Source: Candidatus Pacearchaeota archaeon
GTDB taxonomy: Archaea; Nanobdellota; Nanobdellia; Pacearchaeales; GW2011-AR1
NCBI GenBank assembly: GCA_016866975.1
Contig: VGKP01000002.1
Location: forward strand, 32,942-96,941
Reading direction: 5' to 3'
DNA: 64,000 nucleotides
Positions 48,242 through 56,971 of this stretch are shown here, one piece after another (positions within the stretch are counted from its first letter, which is position 1; each line of letters starts with the position of its first letter). The notes under the pieces are model-generated. The model was not told the origin of the DNA, made no database searches, and worked only from the letters and a program-made list of their open reading frames with translations. Position numbers and translations under genes: made by a program.

Positions 48242-48898
48242 ATGTTTAAATCAAAAAAGAGGCAGATAAACATTCCGCAATCAGAGCATGTAAAAATTGC
48301 TGCGACCATTGCATTGCTTTGGGGAAACGAATCTTTCCAGAAACCGAACATTCCAACTCATTCATTTGTTAAAGGGGTCTTGTTTCATGATAGAGGATAT
48401 AAAGATTATGATAACTTCCCTGTTGGATCGCTAACAAAAAAACAGCGTAGAGATACACTCAAGAAAGGAATCTTAAAAGATAGTGGGGATATTATAGCAG
48501 ATATTGTATCGCTACACCACATAAATAGACTTATCCCTGAAGACATGAGCGATATTAGACAAATTCTAGAGAAATTTTTATCGAATAAGATGAAAAAAGT
48601 AGTTATTTCTCCGAAAGAGTTCCTCTTTGCTGATCGAATCACTGATTTCGCAGATGAAATTGCATTCTATTTTTCTTTTGAGGAAGATACTCGTGGAAGT
48701 TCAGAAGTTCTATCGAATCATAGTTCAAATAAAATTGAGAAGATTGAGTTCAACATAAAAGATAATTGCATAACGATGAGTCCATGGCCATTGTCAGTTG
48801 ATTATCATGAGGGGTTTATCGTAGGGTACCAAAGAAAAGGATATCCGAAGAAACTCTCGCCTGAAATAATTCCTTTTATTTTAAAGAAAGCAAAGTAA
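48242..48898 (+). CDS. DUF3891-like protein
   Basis: IPQSEH...ALLWGN...FHDRGY pattern recognised from memory. Confidence 0.6.
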   Translation: MFKSKKRQINIPQSEHVKIAATIALLWGNESFQKPNIPTHSFVKGVLFHDRGYKDYDNFPVGSLTKKQRRDTLKKGILKDSGDIIADIVSLHHINRLIPEDMSDIRQILEKFLSNKMKKVVISPKEFLFADRITDFADEIAFYFSFEEDTRGSSEVLSNHSSNKIEKIEFNIKDNCITMSPWPLSVDYHEGFIVGYQRKGYPKKLSPEIIPFILKKAK

Positions 48899-48914
48899 TT
48901 ATTAGAGATTTTCC

Positions 48915-49103
48915 TCACTTTTGAAGCATCTCTATTTTTTCTAATTCGGTGCTTGTTGGAAAATGTCCTAATTTATCTACTACTCTCTTCATTTCAGGAG
49001 AATAGTTCTTCCAATCCCTCCAATATCCGTTTTTAATCCTTACGATTTCTTCGCCCAATTTTTGTCTAACTTCTATATTTCCGTCTATGCTTGGCAATAC
49101 CAA
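48915..49103 (-). pseudogene. Fragment of a repeat-containing protein (NGYW..W.N...LGHFPT..EL unit)
   Basis: One repeat-like unit, no proper start; looks truncated. Confidence 0.4.
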
Positions 49104-49465
49104 CTTGATAGACCGATATAATCAACGAAGTGAAAATGTTTGTGAAGTATGAGTTCAGGTATCTTGGTTAAATCTATTTTTAAAGGAACTTTTTGCTGGA
49201 TACATCTATCTAAGAACCTGTCTTGAGCTCTCCCATCGTTAAATCTTGTTTTTGTTTCTTCCATATTAAATACTGCAGCCCTCAGGCTTTTTATAAAACC
49301 TTCCATACACCTCATTTATCATGTTGTCTAAATGGGCATTGGACATACTCTTCAGAGAGCTAAAATTCATAACATAATATTTAACATATCAATCTTTATC
49401 TTGTAATTGCTTGTTATTTGCGCTTATACAGATAGAAAGGAAAAATGCAGGGATTGCAAGGTAAA

Positions 49466-50224
49466 TTATTCCTTATCTATCTTCATGTCGGGAGTTATGC
49501 AATACAGTTGAGGAGTAAGTACGACTTGTGTTTTTTCTTTATTTGGAATAGAGTTTTTAAGCCACATCTTTACGCCCACAAGAGGAACATATTTTGGATT
49601 TCCGTATGTGATTGCGCTGTCAATCAGATTTTCCCCCGCCTTCATCCACATATGCCCCATTCCGTTTGTAGCCACTTCATGATATGCAATGCCAGTTATA
49701 AGCTCCAAGTAAGCAGGAGCATTAGTTGAGTTCTTCATTATCTTGAGTGCTACTGCAGTAGAGGTGACTGCATGAGCTTTACAGTCAATATCATTGAAAC
49801 CAAAATCCTTATGTAAAAGGTTTATGTACGTCTCGTTATCTAGGAGTTGCTCAGTCAGTTTTATTATGCGTTGGACTGGATTGCTGTTCCTTGATTCCAA
49901 TGAGAGAGTATCGCTTATTTCTGTCGCAGACATGGCATAATGGCCGCATGTCTTGAACATGTCTGCGAGGTCAGATATCTTGGCATGAGGGTAATCTGGA
50001 AATTTCTTCCCTATTGCAGTCTCGTTTGTTTTGGAGGCGGCATCAAATAGTTTGCCTTCAAGTGATTCAAGCATTTCTGGATGAGATTTTCTGATTTCTT
50101 CTGTCCTGGCAACTTGCTTCTTCCACTGGCTGTAGGCTTCATCCTCTGACTGAGAAACTACGCAGCCTGCCGCTAGGCCTATGGCCAATACTGCATTGCA
50201 TATGTTTTTTCTTATTTTCTGCAT
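49466..50224 (-). CDS. Exported/lipoprotein-like protein with a putative transglutaminase-like Cys-His-Asp triad
   Basis: Signal LAIGLAAGC; DCKAH...GHMWM...LIDS. Confidence 0.55.
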   Translation of the reverse strand: MQKIRKNICNAVLAIGLAAGCVVSQSEDEAYSQWKKQVARTEEIRKSHPEMLESLEGKLFDAASKTNETAIGKKFPDYPHAKISDLADMFKTCGHYAMSATEISDTLSLESRNSNPVQRIIKLTEQLLDNETYINLLHKDFGFNDIDCKAHAVTSTAVALKIMKNSTNAPAYLELITGIAYHEVATNGMGHMWMKAGENLIDSAITYGNPKYVPLVGVKMWLKNSIPNKEKTQVVLTPQLYCITPDMKIDKE

Positions 50225-50297
50225 GAGAAATCAGATGGGGTTGGATATATAAACTTTAGCCCTAAAAATTTAGGTAGGCATTAGTGGAGAGTGCCCA

Positions 50298-50723
50298 TTA
50301 AGGGACTAGTTGTCTTTGGTCATAGACAATCCTATGATTGTTTGTTGCCGATTCAAGAAGTCCAAAATAAGGAAATATCTTTTCCTTTGAACGGGTAAAG
50401 TCTGAGGGAACTCCAGTAGGGTCACAAATGAATACTCTTTTGTCATCCAACTGAGATTCAAGAAAATAATGCCTTTGATTCCAATGCATAGCCATAAAGT
50501 CACCTATTCCCTTGAGGTTTAATCCTCGTAATATATTATTTGCTGTTCCAGCAAGTTGAGGAATATTGGCGCAATTAAGTGGCTTCCACTCCTTCTGAGT
50601 TATAGTATAAAAGGTTGTCAAGAAAGTTGATAGATTCTGGCGTTGCTCTTCTGTCATTCCTGCCAGTTCAATATATTGGTAGGATGTCCCAATACTGTGC
50701 CTCATATAGGTATAATTTTGCAT
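50298..50723 (-). CDS. Hypothetical protein with a putative Cys-His-Asp triad
   Basis: LNCANI...RHYFL...ICDPTG. Confidence 0.5.
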   Translation of the reverse strand: MQNYTYMRHSIGTSYQYIELAGMTEEQRQNLSTFLTTFYTITQKEWKPLNCANIPQLAGTANNILRGLNLKGIGDFMAMHWNQRHYFLESQLDDKRVFICDPTGVPSDFTRSKEKIFPYFGLLESATNNHRIVYDQRQLVP

Positions 50724-50757
50724 AAAAAATCTAAGACAATTTATTTAAAAAGCTTTC

Positions 50758-51249
50758 CTATTCTAACAATACAACAACATTTGTCATTCCGCGCCTCTTA
50801 CGCTCAATAAATCCTCTCCCTTCAAGGCGATCAAGAATGCGTGTCATCTTTGCCTTGCCGAATCCTGTTTTTTCTATTATATCTGCCTGGAAGATTGTCT
50901 TGTTGGATTGGATTATGGATAGCACTTTCTTTTCTTCGGCAGTCAATCCTCTTGTATCTTTGTCTTTCTTCTCAGCTTTCCTCTCAACTGTTCTTGTTTT
51001 GACTATGACTTTTTCCTCAGGTTTTGATAATACAAGGACAAAACCTACCAATATTAATATTGCGACAATTCCCAGTGCAAGATAAGTCTGTTGGTCTATT
51101 GTGGCATACATCGGGCAATAGTCTCCTCCATGTGCTATGGTACAGCTCGATTTTACCATTCCTTTAAGGGTATTCTGAAACATGAATACGATTCCGACAA
51201 CTACTGCAGATATGCCAAGGAGAAGATAACCTACATTTTTGTTTTCCAT
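50758..51249 (-). CDS. Membrane-anchored winged-HTH (MarR-like) regulator
   Basis: TM - CTIAHGGDYCPM - TM - EEKKVLSII...QADIIEKTGFGKAKMTRILDRLEGRGFIERKRRG. Confidence 0.82.
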   Translation of the reverse strand: MENKNVGYLLLGISAVVVGIVFMFQNTLKGMVKSSCTIAHGGDYCPMYATIDQQTYLALGIVAILILVGFVLVLSKPEEKVIVKTRTVERKAEKKDKDTRGLTAEEKKVLSIIQSNKTIFQADIIEKTGFGKAKMTRILDRLEGRGFIERKRRGMTNVVVLLE

Positions 51250-51346
51250 TTTCTGTCGAAGATATTTTCCTTAATAAATCTTGTGAACTCGATCTTGAAA
51301 CTAGTTTCACAAAAGCATTTTTATAATACTTTATTTTAATGATGTC

Positions 51347-52027
51347 ATGTCAGATAAGATCTTAAGCGCATTTACAAAGGAGGAAGTCAAGGAGGACTTG
51401 CTTAAAACAATTTTTGTTTCTCTTGTCACTTCTCTGACAGTTGCAGGAGTACTTTATTACCTGAGACTGCAACATGTAGATGGTTTCATAACTAAATATG
51501 GGTATCCTCTATTATTATCAATAGCAAGTTATGCCATTGTTCTTCCTTCAATAAGGCATGTAAGGGCATATAAAGAATTTCCATGCATGTCAGGTATGAT
51601 GGTCGGTATGACAATAGGTATGATAGCAGGATTTCTACCAGGATTTTATGCTGGATCTACAAATGGGATGTTCTGGGGAAGTGTGTTGGGGATGTCTATA
51701 GGGATATTCTTTGGAGTCACAACAGGTAGGTGCTGCGGCATAATGGGTAAGCTTGAAGGCGCGATGGCAGGATTTATGGGAGGTCTGATGGGGGCAATGA
51801 CCGCAGTTATGCTCCTAAATGACAATCTTATAGTCATGGCAGTCATAGCATTAGTGGCATGTGCAGGGATAGTATTTGGATTGAATTTAATGATTTATGG
51901 AGAGTCAAGACAACTTGAGAGGAAACAGAGAGAAGATCATTCATACACTATCGTATGGAGCTTTGTCCTTACTGTAGTGACTATCTGGCTCATGGTATTT
52001 GGGCCAAGGAGCCCTCTATTCCAATGA
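51347..52027 (+). CDS. Gly/Met-rich multipass membrane protein (first gene of the copper operon)
   Basis: CMSGMMVGMTIGM, GMFWG, CCGIMG, GAMAGFMGGLMGAM. Confidence 0.75.
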   Translation: MSDKILSAFTKEEVKEDLLKTIFVSLVTSLTVAGVLYYLRLQHVDGFITKYGYPLLLSIASYAIVLPSIRHVRAYKEFPCMSGMMVGMTIGMIAGFLPGFYAGSTNGMFWGSVLGMSIGIFFGVTTGRCCGIMGKLEGAMAGFMGGLMGAMTAVMLLNDNLIVMAVIALVACAGIVFGLNLMIYGESRQLERKQREDHSYTIVWSFVLTVVTIWLMVFGPRSPLFQ

Positions 52028-52422
52028 AGATGCAAAAGTCTACACTATATTTGCTCGGGATCCTGGCATTGATAGCCATTGCTGCATATATAGTTACTTC
52101 AAAGAATAACGATTATTCTAATCTTTCAGGAAATGCTGGAGATATAGGACCTGTGTCTGGGGATGTCCAAAATATTGTTATAGGGATTAAGAATTATAAC
52201 TACTATCCTAATACTGTAACTGTAAAGGCAGGTACACCTGTTAGCATCAGCTTAGACTCAAGTGTTAGAGGATGTTTCAGGGATTTCACTATACGCTCGT
52301 TAGGAGTCAAAAAATATCTTAAGACTCCGCAGGATACAGTAGAATTCACTCCAAATCAAGAGGGCATCTTTACTTTCGCATGCAGCATGGGCATGGGTAC
52401 AGGGACATTGGTGGTAGAATGA
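52024..52422 (+). CDS. Cupredoxin-domain protein
   Basis: YYPNTVTVKAGTPV...GC...F.P...G.FTFACSMGM..G; likely start 52024 (ATGA overlap). Confidence 0.85.
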   Translation: MKMQKSTLYLLGILALIAIAAYIVTSKNNDYSNLSGNAGDIGPVSGDVQNIVIGIKNYNYYPNTVTVKAGTPVSISLDSSVRGCFRDFTIRSLGVKKYLKTPQDTVEFTPNQEGIFTFACSMGMGTGTLVVE

Positions 52423-52462
52423 TATCGGCAATCAGCAATTTTCAGGACAAAGGGAGGAGAAG

Positions 52463-52675
52463 ATGAAAAAAGTCAAGATATTGATTGAAGGGATGCACTG
52501 TGCAAGTTGCGCCAGTAATATAGAAAGAAGTTTGAAGAAGGTCTCTGGAGTAAAGGAAGCATCAGTAAGCCTTATGCTGAAGAAGGCAATGGTGGAAGCA
52601 GAAGACACAGTAACAAAAGAAGAGCTTGAAAAGGCAGTTGCTAGGACGGGCTATCGCGTCACGAGGGTAGAATGA
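52463..52675 (+). CDS. copZ: Copper chaperone, HMA domain
   Basis: [17 protein letters not shown]. Confidence 0.92.
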   Translation: MKKVKILIEGMHCASCASNIERSLKKVSGVKEASVSLMLKKAMVEAEDTVTKEELEKAVARTGYRVTRVE

Positions 52676-54624
52676 AAAGTCGTGGCGAACATGATCCTGT
52701 ATCGCCACCCGAGGATAGCGAGATAAGAAGCTGGAAGTGGAGATTGATTCTATCCTGGATATTTACCATCCCTATTGCCGCTCTAATGATTTTTGAAAGG
52801 ATATTTGATATAGTTCTGATTGATATGCCTTATTCAGTCATAGTGATTTTAGCCCTAGGATTCCCAGTGGTTTTCATTTTCGGTTGGGAAACAATCAGAG
52901 GTGGGTTGCGCGGATTATTTACAGCATATTTTAATATGGATTCCCTTATTGCTCTGGGTACGATCATAGCTTACGTTACTGGGTTATTTTCATTTTCAGG
53001 ATTAGTCCAGGATTATTCAGGTGTTGCAGCAATGATAATGGCTTTCTTTACCACTGGAAAGTATGTTGAGGCGAAAGCGCGTGGAAGGGCATCCCAGGAA
53101 ATCAGGAAACTCTTAGAGTTGGGAGCAAAGAAATGTACTATTCTCCGGGGCAATAAGGAAGTGGAAATTCCTATTGAAGAAGTAAAAGTGGGAGACCTCA
53201 TGCTTATAAAACCAGGAGAGAAAATACCCACAGACGGCATTGTAGTCAAAGGAGAAAGCAGCGTAGATGAGTCCATGGTGACTGGAGAAAGTCTGCCTAT
53301 TGATAAGATGAAAGGGCATACAGTAATCGGGGCAACCATTAATCAGGATGGAACTCTCGTAGTAAAAGTTACGAAAGTGGGAAGCGAGACATTTCTTGCG
53401 CATATCATTCAACTCGTGGAAGAAGCGCAAGGAACAAAAGTGCCTATTCAGAAACTGGCAGATAAGATTACTTCCGTTTTTGTCCCAATTATTTTGGCCC
53501 TTGCTGTCTTGACATTCCTGAATTGGTGGTTGCTCTCAGGAGACCTCAGCAGGGCAATTGGCGTTGGAGTTTCTGTTCTTGTTATTGCATGCCCGTGCGC
53601 TCTCGGGCTTGCAACCCCTACAGCGTTGATGGTAGGTTCAGGTATGGGTGCAAAGAGAGGTATTTTGTTTAGAAAAGGAGAAGCAATACAAACAATGAAA
53701 GAAGTCAAGACGATCATCTTTGACAAGACAGGGACAATTACTCAGGGAAAACCTCAGGTGACAAATATTAAAAGTTTCATCTCTGAGAAATCATTGCTGG
53801 AAATTGCAGCTTCTCTGGAACACCTCAGCGAACATCCGATAGCCAGGGCAATTGTTAATAGGGCTGCTCTTAGGAGGTTTGCAAACGTTACTTCCTTTAA
53901 GATATTGCGCGGGCGAGGTGTAGAGGGAAAAATAGGGAGAAATGCTATTGTAATAGGCAATAGATTATTGATGAAAGAGAGGAAAATTAATATTTCCAAG
54001 ATTATTCCTTTCCTAGAAATTTGCGAGGGTGAGGGAAAGACTACTTTAATTGTTGCAAGGGACAAGAAAGTGCTCGGAGCAATTGCAGTAGCAGATGCAA
54101 TCAAAGAAGATTCACAACAGGCCATAAACTTTCTCCATCAGCAAGGTTATAGGACCGTAATGATTACTGGGGATAATGAGAAGACTGCCAGAGCTATAGC
54201 TCGTCAGGCAGGAATAACTGAAGTTATCGCAAATGTCTTGCCAGAAGAAAAAGCAAAAAAAGTCGAAGAACTTCAAAAGCACGGAATGGTTGCATTCATC
54301 GGAGATGGTATTAACGATGCACCAGCACTGAAGCAAAGCAATGTCGGAATTGCTATGGGTACTGGAACAGACATTGCAATTGAAGCAGGAGATATTGTCC
54401 TGGCGCGAGGATCCCTCATGGGTGCCGTGCAGTCCATTGCTCTTTCCAAAGCCATTTTCGTCAAAATCAAACAAAATCTTTTTTGGGCATTTGCATACAA
54501 TACTGTAGCAATACCTCTGGCGGTAGCTGGTTTACTTCATCCTATCATAGCCGAGATAGCGATGGCGTTATCTTCAATAAGCGTAGTCTCCAATGCAAAT
54601 CTGCTGAGAAGGAAGATGATATGA
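52672..54624 (+). CDS. copA: Cu(I)-translocating P1B-type ATPase
   Basis: [33 protein letters not shown]. Confidence 0.95.
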   Translation: MKSRGEHDPVSPPEDSEIRSWKWRLILSWIFTIPIAALMIFERIFDIVLIDMPYSVIVILALGFPVVFIFGWETIRGGLRGLFTAYFNMDSLIALGTIIAYVTGLFSFSGLVQDYSGVAAMIMAFFTTGKYVEAKARGRASQEIRKLLELGAKKCTILRGNKEVEIPIEEVKVGDLMLIKPGEKIPTDGIVVKGESSVDESMVTGESLPIDKMKGHTVIGATINQDGTLVVKVTKVGSETFLAHIIQLVEEAQGTKVPIQKLADKITSVFVPIILALAVLTFLNWWLLSGDLSRAIGVGVSVLVIACPCALGLATPTALMVGSGMGAKRGILFRKGEAIQTMKEVKTIIFDKTGTITQGKPQVTNIKSFISEKSLLEIAASLEHLSEHPIARAIVNRAALRRFANVTSFKILRGRGVEGKIGRNAIVIGNRLLMKERKINISKIIPFLEICEGEGKTTLIVARDKKVLGAIAVADAIKEDSQQAINFLHQQGYRTVMITGDNEKTARAIARQAGITEVIANVLPEEKAKKVEELQKHGMVAFIGDGINDAPALKQSNVGIAMGTGTDIAIEAGDIVLARGSLMGAVQSIALSKAIFVKIKQNLFWAFAYNTVAIPLAVAGLLHPIIAEIAMALSSISVVSNANLLRRKMI

Positions 54625-54669
54625 TAGAAAGATTTATATAATAATTATACTCCTGAAAAAATCGCTAAA

Positions 54670-55056
54670 ATGCCAAACAATGATCATGCTGATTACATCG
54701 GCCGTGGCAGATATGTGCTTAGCTTCCACCCATACTCTTACATGAATCATTCTTGCAATCCAAATATTGTGGTTAAACATGAATCCATTGCCAAAAGCAA
54801 TTTCATTGCCTTGCGTGATATCAAGAAAGGTGAGGAACTCACCCATGATTATGGAATCGGGGCAATGGATCAATTTGGTAAAACTTTATGGGTTATAGAT
54901 TGCAAGTGTGAAAGCAAAAATTGTAGGAAAAAGATTCCTGGCGATTTCTTCAAACAACCAAAAGAAATTCAAAGAATATATTACAAATATTTGCCATCTG
55001 CTATAAAAAGGAAATATAAAGATAAATTCAATAAACTGATGACGCGGCGAAAATAA
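54670..55056 (+). CDS. SET-domain protein with post-SET Cys motif, apparently 5'-truncated
   Basis: YMNHSCNPN, ALRDIKKGEELTHDY, CKCESKNCR; the N-terminal SET strands are missing. Confidence 0.8.
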   Translation: MPNNDHADYIGRGRYVLSFHPYSYMNHSCNPNIVVKHESIAKSNFIALRDIKKGEELTHDYGIGAMDQFGKTLWVIDCKCESKNCRKKIPGDFFKQPKEIQRIYYKYLPSAIKRKYKDKFNKLMTRRK

Positions 55057-55192
55057 AACTTCTTCGGATTTAAAATAGGGAATTTTATAGTAAATACTTA
55101 AAACTATAAATCTTTATTATCGAAGAAAAGTATATTTTTTACCACTATTCCGAACAGAATATATTTTTATATTAAAAGGCTATGGGAAATAC

Positions 55193-55480
55193 ATGATAAT
55201 GGATTACATACGAGATTTCTTTGAGGGAAAAGTTAGAAAGGCCTTGAAATACGCAGAGCACGAGTTCATAGAGGTCGTGGCAAATGCTGCAAGAAGGGCG
55301 GTAAGGCAGGCTATCAGGCAAGCTGTTTCAATGTTTATACTGGCAGTAGCTCTGGTTTTCCTTTCAATCGCCGCCATATTTTTCTTTGTCGAATACCTTA
55401 GCATATCATTTACTCTATCTTTCTTGATTGTAGGCATTATAGTCATGCTCATCGGATTACTGATGAGGATACAAAGATAA
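55193..55480 (+). CDS. Two-TM protein, YqjE/phage-holin-like
   Basis: Helical N-terminus plus two TMs; upstream of a DUF883 gene. Confidence 0.55.
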   Translation: MIMDYIRDFFEGKVRKALKYAEHEFIEVVANAARRAVRQAIRQAVSMFILAVALVFLSIAAIFFFVEYLSISFTLSFLIVGIIVMLIGLLMRIQR

Positions 55481-55490
55481 CGGAGGAATT

Positions 55491-55730
55491 ATGGCACGAA
55501 AAATATTATCTCGCGCAAGGAATCTCGCAAGGGATGCAAAAGAAGCGCTAGAGACAACCCGGGAAAAAGTTGAGGAATACAAGGATACGACTGAGAAGAT
55601 GATAAAGCAACACCCCTTGACCTCAGTTGCCATTGCTGCTGCAGTTGGAGCTCTTGTAGCTCTGGGAGTCAATGCACTCGCGCAGCGTAGAAGGCATACC
55701 TGGAGAGATAGGTTAAGGGATTATTTCTAA
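55491..55730 (+). CDS. DUF883 / ElaB-YqjD family tail-anchored protein
   Basis: Charged helix, then IKQHPLTSVAIAAAVGALV, then basic RRR tail. Confidence 0.8.
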   Translation: MARKILSRARNLARDAKEALETTREKVEEYKDTTEKMIKQHPLTSVAIAAAVGALVALGVNALAQRRRHTWRDRLRDYF

Positions 55731-55805
55731 ATAATATTAGTTATACTCTTGCAGGAAAGCGTAATAAAGCTGTCTTCAAAAAAACACTTTCTTGCCTAAG
55801 TTTAA

Positions 55806-55834
55806 TTTTACCGTCGATTTTCCGACGGTAAAAA
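55806..55834. terminator. Hairpin flanked by T/A runs
   Basis: ttttaccgtcg-attttc-cgacggtaaaa. Confidence 0.45.
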
Positions 55835-55897
55835 ATGGGAATAGGCTTAAATAGTTGTGCCTATTAATAGGTTAAAATTTATATAAAAAAGGTGAAT

Positions 55898-56971
55898 ATG
55901 GAAGAAGAAAAGAAAGAGATACAAAGGACAATAATACCTTTAGTCAATACAGTGGGCAAGGCAAGTGAGGAGGAATTTTTCTCCATCTTGAAGACAGTTG
56001 CTCCCGGTACAAACCTTAGGGCTGCAATAGACTCCACAATAAAGGCAAGCAAGGGAGCCCTTATAGTGATAGCAAATGATCACATTTTGTCTCTTATTGA
56101 TGGAGGGTTCAGAGTGAATTGCAGGTTTACTCCACAGAGGCTTATGGAGTTGACAAAAATGGATGGCGCCATAATACTTTCAAACGATATCAAGAGGATA
56201 GAGTATGCTAATGTCCTTCTCACTCCTGACAGCAAGATATCTACTTCTGAGACTGGCACGAGGCATAAGGCTGCAGAGAGGACTGCTAAGCAGACGGGTT
56301 GCTTGGTCATAGCCATATCCGAGAGAAGACACGATTCTACTGTCTACTATAAGAATATAAGGCATACTCTCAAGGGTACAGACATAATACTTAGAAAAGC
56401 TAATGAGTATATACAGCTCCTCGAGAAACAAAGAGACTCTTATGACGATCATGTGACAAAACTCAATAAACTAGAACTTAAGAATTATCCCAGTTTAGGC
56501 GGGGCAGTCCATGTAATTCAGAAAGGAAAGATGATACAGAAAATCACCGAGGATCTTAAGAAGTTTATTATGGAGCTGGGTAGTGAAGGGACATTGTTGA
56601 AGGCAAGACTTAGAGAATTGAACATAGGTGTAGAGAAAGAGACTTTGCTTGTAATAAAAGATTATACTAGGTTGGATGTCAAAAAGTCAAAGATTTTGCT
56701 AGACGAATTATCATATGATGACCTTCTTGATGTAGACTGTATACTTCATACTCTCGCATATGATAATCTAGTGCAGATAGAGCCTATCAAAGGCTGGAGG
56801 ATGCTTTCAAAGACATCTCTGCAGGAGTCTGACATCGCAAAACTAATCAAGGAAAAGAACAGTCTGGGAGAAGCCATTTATTCAAATGTCAAGACTTATT
56901 TTGAGATAATAGGAGAAGACAAGGCCAAGACTTTCAAAGAAGAGATTGAGAAGATAAAGATGAACCCTTAG
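55898..56971 (+). CDS. disA: DisA-like diadenylate cyclase
   Basis: VAPGT.LR, ELTKMDGAIIL, ETGTRHKAAER, ISERR; DisA linker; ATG 55898 after GGTGA. Confidence 0.9.
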   Translation: MEEEKKEIQRTIIPLVNTVGKASEEEFFSILKTVAPGTNLRAAIDSTIKASKGALIVIANDHILSLIDGGFRVNCRFTPQRLMELTKMDGAIILSNDIKRIEYANVLLTPDSKISTSETGTRHKAAERTAKQTGCLVIAISERRHDSTVYYKNIRHTLKGTDIILRKANEYIQLLEKQRDSYDDHVTKLNKLELKNYPSLGGAVHVIQKGKMIQKITEDLKKFIMELGSEGTLLKARLRELNIGVEKETLLVIKDYTRLDVKKSKILLDELSYDDLLDVDCILHTLAYDNLVQIEPIKGWRMLSKTSLQESDIAKLIKEKNSLGEAIYSNVKTYFEIIGEDKAKTFKEEIEKIKMNP

